Source: Actinomycetota bacterium (GTDB lineage Bacteria > Actinomycetota > Thermoleophilia > Gaiellales > F1-60-MAGs149). Taken from it: a stretch of DNA of 64,000 nt. This document shows positions 17,757-24,632 of this stretch, one piece after another. Where the stretch lies: NCBI GenBank assembly GCA_009885805.1, contig VFJZ01000005.1, forward strand, positions 74,999-138,998. The letters run 5' to 3'. The notes beneath the pieces were generated by a model. The model was given only the letters and a program-made list of their open reading frames with translations. It ran no database searches and was not told the DNA's origin. Made by a program: the position numbers and the translations under genes. Numbering within the stretch: the stretch's first letter is position 1; the number at the start of each line of letters is the position of its first letter.

Positions 17757-19114
17757 GCTCGCTCTGGCTGCGCGAGGCGCTCGGCGACGTGCCCAGGCGC
17801 CCGCCGCTCGATGGCGACCGCCGCTGCGACGTCTGCATCGTCGGCGGTGGCTTCACGGGTCTGTGGACGGCACTCGCGATCCACGACCTGGAGCCGTCGG
17901 CCGATGTCGTCCTGGTCGAGGCCGACGTCTGCGGCGGCGGCGCGAGCGGGCGCAACGGCGGCTTCGCGATGACGCTGTGGTCGAAGTTCGGGACGTTGAA
18001 GAAGCTCGGCCCGACAGCGGAAGCCGTCTGGCTCGCGCGCCAGGCGGCCGAGTCGGTGTCGGCGATCGGCCGCTTCTGCGACGAGAACGGCATCGACGCG
18101 GCGTACCGGCGCAACGGTTGGGTCTGGGCCGCGACGAGCAAGGCCCAGCTCGGCGCGTGGGACGACACCGTGGAAGCACTCGCGGCGGCCGGCGTCGGCG
18201 AGGCGCTCGAACCGCTGGAGCCGGCCGACGTCGCCCGCCTCGCCGGCTCCGACGTCCACATCGCCGGGGTCTTCGATCCCGACGTCGCCCACCTGCAGCC
18301 AGCCACCCTCGCGCGCGGGATGGCGCGGGTGGCGGAGGCGCGCGGCATCGTCATTCACGAGGGCACGCCGATGACCTCGCTCGGCCGCACGGCGACACCG
18401 AGCGTGACGACGCCCGGTGGCACCATCCACGCCCGCGCGGTCGTCCTCGCCCTGAACGCGTGGTCGGCCCGGCTGCCCGAGGTCCGCCGCGCGCTCGTCG
18501 TCACCTCGTCCGACATCGTCGCGACGCCGCCGATCGACCGTGACTGGGAGCACGGCCCGTGCGTGTCGGACTCGCGCCGGCTCGTCAACTACTACCGCCC
18601 CACCCGCGACGGACGGCTGGTGTTCGGCAAGGGCGGCGGCAGCCTCGCCCTCGGCGGCCGCGTCGGCGCAGCGTTCGAGGGCACCTCCCACCGGGCCGAC
18701 GTCGTCCTCTCCCACCTGCACCGCAGCTATCCGCAGCTCGCGGAGGTCGAGGCCGCCGAGAGCTGGCGCGGGCCGATCGACTACGCGCTCGACGGGCTGC
18801 CGTTCCTTCACCGCCTGCCCGCCGCCCCGGCGGTGATCGTCGCCGCCGGCTTCTCCGGCAACGGCGTCGGCCCCTCCCACACGGCGGGCCGGGCGCTCGC
18901 CTCGATGGCACTGCGGCGTGACGACGACTGGGCGCGCACGCTGCTCGCCCGCGCGCCCGCCGGTCGGTTGCCCCCGGAGCCGATCACCTGGCTCGGCGGT
19001 CAGGTCGTCAAGCGTGCGATCCGCCGCGGCGAGGACGCCGAGGACCGCGGCGGCCGCACCGACGCCGTCACACGGCGCGTCGCGGCGATGGACCCGACGA
19101 GCTTCGTGGGTTAG
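17753..19114 (+). CDS. FAD-dependent oxidoreductase (DAO family, gamma-glutamylputrescine/sarcosine-oxidase-like)
   Basis: The GTG at 17753 overlaps the upstream stop (GTGA). Contains the 'DVCIVGGGFTGLWTALAI' dinucleotide fold. 453 aa. Confidence 0.85.
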   Translation: MSSLWLREALGDVPRRPPLDGDRRCDVCIVGGGFTGLWTALAIHDLEPSADVVLVEADVCGGGASGRNGGFAMTLWSKFGTLKKLGPTAEAVWLARQAAESVSAIGRFCDENGIDAAYRRNGWVWAATSKAQLGAWDDTVEALAAAGVGEALEPLEPADVARLAGSDVHIAGVFDPDVAHLQPATLARGMARVAEARGIVIHEGTPMTSLGRTATPSVTTPGGTIHARAVVLALNAWSARLPEVRRALVVTSSDIVATPPIDRDWEHGPCVSDSRRLVNYYRPTRDGRLVFGKGGGSLALGGRVGAAFEGTSHRADVVLSHLHRSYPQLAEVEAAESWRGPIDYALDGLPFLHRLPAAPAVIVAAGFSGNGVGPSHTAGRALASMALRRDDDWARTLLARAPAGRLPPEPITWLGGQVVKRAIRRGEDAEDRGGRTDAVTRRVAAMDPTSFVG

Positions 19115-19117
19115 CCT

Positions 19118-20287
19118 GTGCCGCCAATGGACGTCATCGTCGTCGGCGGCGGGCTGATGGGGCTCGCCACCGCTCTCTACCTGGCGCGGGACGGCCACGC
19201 CACGACGCTGCTCGAAGCGCGCTCGGTCGGCCACGACCAGGGGTCGTCGCACGGGCCGAGCCGGATCATCCGCCTCACCTACCAGTCCGAGGACTACATC
19301 GCGCTTGCACGCGAGTCGTACCGGCAGTGGGGCGAACTCGCCGAGGAGGCCGGCGAGGCCCTCCTCGTCCCCTGCGGCGGGCTCGACTTCGGCCCGCCCG
19401 ACGCGACCTACCTGGCCGAGATGCGCGCCGCGATGGGCCTCGCCGGCGTCCCGTACGAGGCGGTCGACGCTGCCGAGATCCGCCGCCGCTTCCCGCAGAT
19501 CACTCCGGCAGACGACGCCGTCGGCTTCTATCAGCCGGACTTCGCGATGCTCCGCGCCGACCGCTGCATCGCCGCGCTCCACGCGCGTGCCGTCGCCGCC
19601 GGCGCGGTCGTGCGGGAGGGAGCTGCCGCCATCGCCGTCGCGCCCGACGGCGACGGCGTCCGCGTCACGACCGCGTCGGGCGACCTCACCGCCGACGCCT
19701 GCGTGCTTGCCGCCGGCTCGTGGGTGGGACCGCTGCTCGCGGGGCTCGGCCTCCATCCGCCGCTCACGGTCCTGAAGGAGCAACTCGCGTTCTTCGAGGC
19801 GGCCGATCCGACCGGCTTCATGCCCGGCCGCTTCCCGCTCTTCATCTCCCGCCTTCCGGGGACGACCACGCTCGGCTCGGCGTTCCCGATCGAAGGGGAG
19901 CCGAGCGGCGTCAAGTGCATGCTCGACCGGATCGGGCCGGAGGTCGCGTCGCCCGACGACGACGATCGCGCGATCGTCCCCGACGTCCGGCGTCGTCTCG
20001 ACGAGTGGGTGGCCGCGACGATCACGGGCCTGACGGGCCGCGTCGTCGCGGACGTCTCCTGCCGCTACACGATGACGCCCGACGAGCATTTCATCCTCGA
20101 CCGCCATCCGCTGCACCGGCAGATCGTCGTGGCGTCGGCCTGCTCCGGGCACGGCTTCAAGTTCGGGATCGTGATCGGGCGGATCCTCGCCGACCTCGCA
20201 ACGCGCGGCGCGACGGCGCACGACATCGACCGCTTCCGGCTCGACCGGCCCGCGCTAACCACCACCTGGGAGAACACGTATGCCTGA
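19118..20287 (+). CDS. Monomeric sarcosine oxidase / N-methyl-amino-acid oxidase family
   Basis: 'MDVIVVGGGLMGLATALYLARDG...SSHGPSRIIRLTY...' and 'ASACSGHGFKFG' (the Cys position used for covalent FAD in MSOX, as I recall). The start is the GTG at 19118 or the ATG at 19127. Confidence 0.85.
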   Translation: MPPMDVIVVGGGLMGLATALYLARDGHATTLLEARSVGHDQGSSHGPSRIIRLTYQSEDYIALARESYRQWGELAEEAGEALLVPCGGLDFGPPDATYLAEMRAAMGLAGVPYEAVDAAEIRRRFPQITPADDAVGFYQPDFAMLRADRCIAALHARAVAAGAVVREGAAAIAVAPDGDGVRVTTASGDLTADACVLAAGSWVGPLLAGLGLHPPLTVLKEQLAFFEAADPTGFMPGRFPLFISRLPGTTTLGSAFPIEGEPSGVKCMLDRIGPEVASPDDDDRAIVPDVRRRLDEWVAATITGLTGRVVADVSCRYTMTPDEHFILDRHPLHRQIVVASACSGHGFKFGIVIGRILADLATRGATAHDIDRFRLDRPALTTTWENTYA

Positions 20288-21065
20288 CGGCCGCCTGCAG
20301 GGCAAGGTCGCGATCGTGACGGGCGCGGCGAGCGGCATCGGCCGCGCGATCGCCGAGCGCTACGGCGCCGAGGGTGCGGCGGTCGTCGTCGCCGACCGAA
20401 ACGAGCCGGGAGCCGAGGCGGTCGCGGCGGGGATGGACGAGGCCCTCGGCGTCGCCTGCGACGTCGCCTCGCGGCCCGACTGCGACCGCCTTTTCAAGGC
20501 GACGCTCGCCCGCTTCGGTACCGTCGACGTGCTCGTCAACAACGCCGCGCTGACCGCAACGGAGCGTCACTTCCTCGAGGCCGACGACGACTGGTGGGAC
20601 TCGATCGTCGCGGTCAACCTGACGGGCGTCTACAACACGTCCGTGCGCGCCGCCCGGCTGATGGCCGCGAACCGCTCCGGCGTCATCATCAACCTGTCCT
20701 CCGGCGGCGCCTCGCGTGCCCACCGCGGCAACGCCGCCTACGACGCGGCCAAGGGCGGCGTCGAGGCGCTGACGCGCGCGCTCGCGCTCGACCTCGGCCC
20801 GTACGGCGTCCGCGTCTGCACCCTGATCCCCGGGTCGATCGACACGAAGGGACTGCCCGACGAGACCCGCCGCCAGCGCGGCGTCAACATCCCGCTGGGA
20901 CGCGTCGGCGAGCCGGACGAGCTCGCGGGACCGGCGGTGTTCCTCGCCTCCGACGACGCGCGCTACGTGACCGGCTCGACCGTGATGTCGGACGGCGGCA
21001 TGCTCGCCCAGCAGCGCTCCGCCACCGTCGACATCTTCGGGCTGGAGAAGTTCCCGGGCCTGTGA
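20280..21065 (+). CDS. Short-chain dehydrogenase/reductase (SDR)
   Basis: 'GKVAIVTGAASGIGRAIA', 'NNAA' and 'YDAAKGGV' motifs. 261 aa. Confidence 0.9.
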   Translation: MPDGRLQGKVAIVTGAASGIGRAIAERYGAEGAAVVVADRNEPGAEAVAAGMDEALGVACDVASRPDCDRLFKATLARFGTVDVLVNNAALTATERHFLEADDDWWDSIVAVNLTGVYNTSVRAARLMAANRSGVIINLSSGGASRAHRGNAAYDAAKGGVEALTRALALDLGPYGVRVCTLIPGSIDTKGLPDETRRQRGVNIPLGRVGEPDELAGPAVFLASDDARYVTGSTVMSDGGMLAQQRSATVDIFGLEKFPGL

Positions 21066-23119
21066 GGCGCGCGGGCGCCGACATCGGCGGCACGTTCACC
21101 GATCTGATCCTCGTCGACGACGACACCGGCTCGTTCCGGGTCGCGAAGGCGCTGACGACGCCCGACGACCCGTCGCGCGCCGTCGAGGAGGTACTCACGA
21201 GCGCCGCCGCCGCCGCGGGCGTGTCCGTGTCCGCGATCGACCAGGTGATCCACGGCACGACGCTCGTCACCAACGCGATCATCGAACGCAAGGGCGCGAT
21301 GACCGTGCTCCTCGCGACGGCCGGCTTCCGCGACGCGATCGAGATCGGCCGCGAGGCGCGGTTCGAGCTGTACGACATCGACCTCGAGCTGCCCGAGCCG
21401 CTCGTGCCGCGCTACCTGCGCTTCGACGTGCCCGAGCGGACGCTCTCGGACGGAACAACGCTGCGCGAGTTGGACGTCGCGTACGTGGAACGACTCGCCG
21501 CGGAGCTCGCCGAGGCCGGCGTCGAGGCGGTCGCGATCGCCTTCCTGCACAGCTATCTGAACCCCGCGGCCGAGCGCGCAGCCCGGGAGGCGATCGCCCG
21601 CGTCGCGCCGGCGCTGCGCGTCTCGATCTCCTCGGAGGTGGTCGCGGAGCTGCGCGAGTACGAGCGAACGTCGACAACGATTGCCAACGTGTACGTTCAG
21701 GGTCGCACAGAGGAATACCTCCGCGGGCTGCAGGCCCGTCTCGCCCGGCTCGGCTTCACCGGCGCCTTCCGCCTGATGCTGTCGGCGGGAGGGATCGCGA
21801 CGCCGGAGACGGCGATGCGCTTCCCGGTGCGCCTGCTCGAGTCCGGCCCCGCCGCCGGCGCCCTCGCCGCCGCCCATCACGGCACGGCGGCCGGGATCGA
21901 CGACCTGCTCAGCTTCGACATGGGCGGCACGACCGCGAAGTTCGCCGTCATCGTCGACGGCGCGCCGCTCACCGCCGGCGAGTTCGAGGTCGACCGCCGT
22001 TACCGCTTCAAGCGGGGTTCCGGCCTGCCCGTCAAGGTCGAGGTGATCGAGATGATCGAGATCGGCTCCGGCGGCGGTTCGATCGCGCGGATCGACTCGC
22101 TCGGATTGCTCCGGGTCGGGCCCGACTCGGCGGGCGCCGCACCCGGCCCGGTCGCCTACGGCCTCGGCGGCAGCGAGCCGACGGTGACCGACGCCGACCT
22201 CGTCCTGGGCTACCTCGACCCGGACTGGTTTCTCGGCGGCCGGATGGCGCTCGATCTCGCCGCGGCGCGCGAGGCGATCCGCACGCGCATCGCGGAGCCC
22301 CTCGGTCTCTCCACCGAGGCTGCGGCCTGGGGCATCCACCAGGCGGTGAACGAGTCGATGGCGAACGCGGCCCGCGTCCACGTGCTGGAACGCGGGCGTG
22401 ATCCGCGCGGCCTGCCGGTGCTCGTCTTCGGCGGGGCCGGCCCGGTCCACGGGCACCGTGTCGCGAAGGCGCTCGGCGCGCCGGCGATGATCGCGCCGCT
22501 CGGCGCGGGCGTGCTGTCCACCGTCGGCTTCCTGGTCGCGCCGCTGGCGTTCGACTTCGTCCGCTCCTGGCCGGCCGCGCTCGCGGGGCTCGACTGGACG
22601 CGGGCGCGCGCCCTGCTCGCGGAGATGGAGGCCGAGGGCGCGGCCGTGCTCGCGACGTCCGGCGTCCCCGCGGCGGAGACCACGCACGTCCGCGAGGCGG
22701 ACATGCGCTACGCCGGGCAGGGACACGAGATCCGCGTGCCGTGGCCGGCCGGGGACGATCCGGCGGCGGTGCGGGAGGCGTTCGAGACCGAGTACCGGCG
22801 ATTGTACGGACGGCTCGGCCCGGACGGCGTCGCGCTCGAGATCGTCTCCTGGCGTGTGCGGTCGAGCGGGCCACGACCGTCGGTCAACCTCGTCGTCGTC
22901 GGCGAGGCGGGCGAGGCGCGCAAGGGCACCCGTGACGCCTGGCATCCGGAGCGCGGCGGGATGGCGCCGACGCCGGTCTTCGACCGCTACCGGCTCGCGC
23001 GCGGTGCGACGCTCGAGGGGCCGGCGATCGTCGAGGAGCGCGAGTCGACGGTCGTGGTCGGCCCGGACACCTCCGCCCGGGTCGACGAACGTTGGAACCT
23101 GATCGTCACGCCGCGCTGA
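21062..23119 (+). CDS. hyuA: Hydantoinase A / oxoprolinase family (HyuA, N-methylhydantoinase A-like)
   Basis: The GTG at 21062 overlaps the SDR stop (GTGA). Sequence: 'GADIGGTFTDLILVDDDTGSFRVAKALTTPDDPS...LLSFDMGGTTAKF...'. 685 aa. Confidence 0.9.
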   Translation: MRRAGADIGGTFTDLILVDDDTGSFRVAKALTTPDDPSRAVEEVLTSAAAAAGVSVSAIDQVIHGTTLVTNAIIERKGAMTVLLATAGFRDAIEIGREARFELYDIDLELPEPLVPRYLRFDVPERTLSDGTTLRELDVAYVERLAAELAEAGVEAVAIAFLHSYLNPAAERAAREAIARVAPALRVSISSEVVAELREYERTSTTIANVYVQGRTEEYLRGLQARLARLGFTGAFRLMLSAGGIATPETAMRFPVRLLESGPAAGALAAAHHGTAAGIDDLLSFDMGGTTAKFAVIVDGAPLTAGEFEVDRRYRFKRGSGLPVKVEVIEMIEIGSGGGSIARIDSLGLLRVGPDSAGAAPGPVAYGLGGSEPTVTDADLVLGYLDPDWFLGGRMALDLAAAREAIRTRIAEPLGLSTEAAAWGIHQAVNESMANAARVHVLERGRDPRGLPVLVFGGAGPVHGHRVAKALGAPAMIAPLGAGVLSTVGFLVAPLAFDFVRSWPAALAGLDWTRARALLAEMEAEGAAVLATSGVPAAETTHVREADMRYAGQGHEIRVPWPAGDDPAAVREAFETEYRRLYGRLGPDGVALEIVSWRVRSSGPRPSVNLVVVGEAGEARKGTRDAWHPERGGMAPTPVFDRYRLARGATLEGPAIVEERESTVVVGPDTSARVDERWNLIVTPR
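22991..23090 (+). repeat. Direct repeat copy 1 (the functional 3' end of hyuA)
   Basis: My ungapped hand alignment to 23931..24030 (offset exactly 940 bp) gives 85/100 identical bases. Confidence 0.85.
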
Positions 23120-23434
23120 GCAGTTCGACCGCGCGGCGGATGCCGAGCGCGGCGGCGATCCTCACAACCCGCAGGGGCGCCCGCCTTGGAGCCTGAGCCT
23201 CGAGCGTCCCGGGTCATCCATGGCGCCCTTCCGGTGGTATCGTCCCGAACGGCTTCGTGGAAACGCTCGACGAACATCCGAGCGCGTCGGGTGGCACTGT
23301 CATTGCTGCGACTGCGGGTGGCCATCGATGACGCCGCGTCGGATGTGCAGCGCGATCAAGTCGCGGCGCTCCTACGACGAGGCCGCTCCGCTGATCCTCG
23401 AGCGTGTCGCCGACCGCGCGGCTCAAGGAGTGGC

Positions 23435-23674
23435 GTGAGCCCGACCGTCTTCCGTGAAGGCCCGTTCCGGTTCTTCTTCTTCTTGCGTGAGGAGTCGCGA
23501 CTGCACATTCACGTTTCCTCGGCAGACGGCGAGGCCAAGTTCTGGCTCGAGCCCACGATCGAGGTTGCGCGCAGTCACGGGCTCACCGCCCTCGACCTGC
23601 GACGCGCGACGGAAGCAATCGAACGACACGAGGAGAAGATCCGGGATGCCTGGACCAGTCACTTCGGCACCTGA
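23435..23674 (+). CDS. DUF4160 domain protein (putative toxin-antitoxin-like pair member)
   Basis: The GTG at 23435 gives 79 aa: 'VSPTVFREGPFRFFFFLREESRLHIHVSSADGEAKFWLEPTIEVARSHGLTALDLRRATEAIERHEEKIRDAW'. The 'HIHV...AKFWL' core is typical of DUF4160. Confidence 0.8.
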   Translation: MSPTVFREGPFRFFFFLREESRLHIHVSSADGEAKFWLEPTIEVARSHGLTALDLRRATEAIERHEEKIRDAWTSHFGT

Positions 23675-24362
23675 GGTAACTAACATCTCGCTGCATGGCT
23701 TCTGGCTGTTCATCGACGAACGTGAACTCTTCCTGCCCTTCGATAACTTCCCGTGGTTCAGGCGCGCCGCAATCGACGCGATCCTGCGCGTTGAGCGGCC
23801 GCATCCCGACCACCTCCGTTGGCCGGATCTCGATGTTGACCTGACAATCGATTCTCTCGAGCACCCCGGGGACTACCCCCTTGTGGCGAAAATCTGAGAC
23901 GAGAAGTCCCGCACGAGTCATCCAAAGCCTCGGCTCGCGCCCGGCGCGACGGTCGGGGGCTCGGCGATCGTGGAGGAACGCGAGTCGACAGTCGCGGTCG
24001 GCCCTGACACCTCGGCGCTGGTCGACGAGCACGAGCGGGCAGTCGAGGTCCTCAGCGAGGGCGACATAGGCCGCGGCGTAGGCGGTCAGGTTGTTGCGGA
24101 GCGCCCAGACGCGCGAGGCGCGCGGCGTCACTGGAAAGCGGCGAATGCGAGCGCGCCGAAGATCCTCGATCGCGAATTCGGCGCGCGACCGGTCGAGTTG
24201 CCCACCGCGGACCTGCTCGCGAAGCAGATTCAGTACCTCGTAGTCGATGAGGTCGGGAGCGGTGATCGATCTGGCGCGCCGAACGCGCACCCACACGCCG
24301 TCGCCGTAGGGCCCGTCGTCGGCGAGCACGGGGCCGAGCACCGAGGCGTCGATGACGATCAC
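23583..24362 (-). CDS. vapC: PIN-domain VapC toxin; native C-terminus apparently replaced, so the ORF reads through antisense DNA
   Basis: The GTG at 24362 overlaps the vapB stop (GTGA). Sequence 'VIVIDASVLG...DLIDYEVLNLL...LTAYAAAYVALAEDLDCPLVLVD' carries the PIN acidic residues. From about residue 111 the ORF is antisense to hyuA repeat copy 2 and then to DUF2442, ending only at 23583 (259 aa against about 130 expected). Confidence 0.7.
   Translation of the reverse strand: MIVIDASVLGPVLADDGPYGDGVWVRVRRARSITAPDLIDYEVLNLLREQVRGGQLDRSRAEFAIEDLRRARIRRFPVTPRASRVWALRNNLTAYAAAYVALAEDLDCPLVLVDQRRGVRADRDCRLAFLHDRRAPDRRAGREPRLWMTRAGLLVSDFRHKGVVPGVLERIDCQVNIEIRPTEVVGMRPLNAQDRVDCGAPEPREVIEGQEEFTFVDEQPEAMQRDVSYLRCRSDWSRHPGSSPRVVRLLPSRVAGRGR
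23646..23897 (+). CDS. DUF2442 domain protein (partner of DUF4160)
   Basis: 83 aa from the ATG at 23646, overlapping the upstream gene by 29 nt: 'VTNISLHGFWLFIDERELFLPFDNFPWFRRAAIDAILRVERPHPDHLRWPDLDVDLTIDSLEHP', the typical DUF2442 pattern. Confidence 0.75.
   Translation: MPGPVTSAPEVTNISLHGFWLFIDERELFLPFDNFPWFRRAAIDAILRVERPHPDHLRWPDLDVDLTIDSLEHPGDYPLVAKI
23931..24030 (+). repeat. Direct repeat copy 2 (displaced, diverged remnant of the hyuA 3' end)
   Basis: It translates in the hyuA frame as 'RLAPGATVGGSAIVEERESTVAVGPDTSALVDE', against 'RLARGATLEGPAIVEERESTVVVGPDTSARVDE' in hyuA. Homology stops at 24030, 29 nt short of the equivalent of the hyuA stop. Confidence 0.85.
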
Positions 24363-24595
24363 CGGGACGGATCGTCGCGGTCGGCGCGAATGAGACGCAC
24401 CGCGTCCTCGCCGGAGAGCGATCCGCCGCGCCTCGTCTCGATACGCGCGAGCCACTCCGCGACCGTCGGCTGCGTCGCCCGCTCCTCGAGGTGGAGGCGG
24501 AGCAGTTCCTGAAGGCTCTGCCCGTTGGCCGCCGCGCGCACCCGGAGCCGGCGCGCGGCATCCTCGGAGACGTTTCGTACCTGGAGTGTCGCCAT
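24359..24595 (-). CDS. vapB: VapB antitoxin (ribbon-helix-helix, Arc/FitA-like)
   Basis: 78 aa from the ATG at 24595: 'MATLQVRNVSEDAARRLRVRAAANGQSLQELLRLHLEERA'. Confidence 0.8.
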   Translation of the reverse strand: MATLQVRNVSEDAARRLRVRAAANGQSLQELLRLHLEERATQPTVAEWLARIETRRGGSLSGEDAVRLIRADRDDPSR

Positions 24596-24632
24596 GCATG
24601 CAATCGAGCGCTGTTCGCGCGTCTTTGCAACC

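Larger units (their letters stand above)
23120..23930 (+). mobile_element. Lower-GC cargo islet between hyuA and its duplicated 3' end (DUF4160/DUF2442 pair); no recombinase
   Basis: Bounded by the hyuA stop and repeat copy 2. Codon usage is visibly richer in A/T-ending codons than the flanks. It interrupts the usually adjacent hyuA-hyuB pair. Confidence 0.5.

Noticed and set aside
14874-20221. Long minus-strand ORFs 14874..16937 (687 aa) and 17618..20221 (867 aa)
   Set aside because: They are antisense shadows of the TMADH-like, DAO and sarcosine oxidase genes. They have no recognisable motifs and extreme Arg/Ala/Gly/Pro content, whereas the plus-strand products match well-known families end to end.
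23120-23434. Search for an integrase or transposase remnant in the 315 bp between the hyuA stop and the DUF4160 gene
   Set aside because: I translated all six frames by hand. There are only short fragments (for example minus 'TLEAQAPRRAPLRVVRIAAALGIRRAVELLSAA*' and plus 'SYDEAAPLILERVADRAAQG') with no recognisable recombinase motif. They cannot be called.
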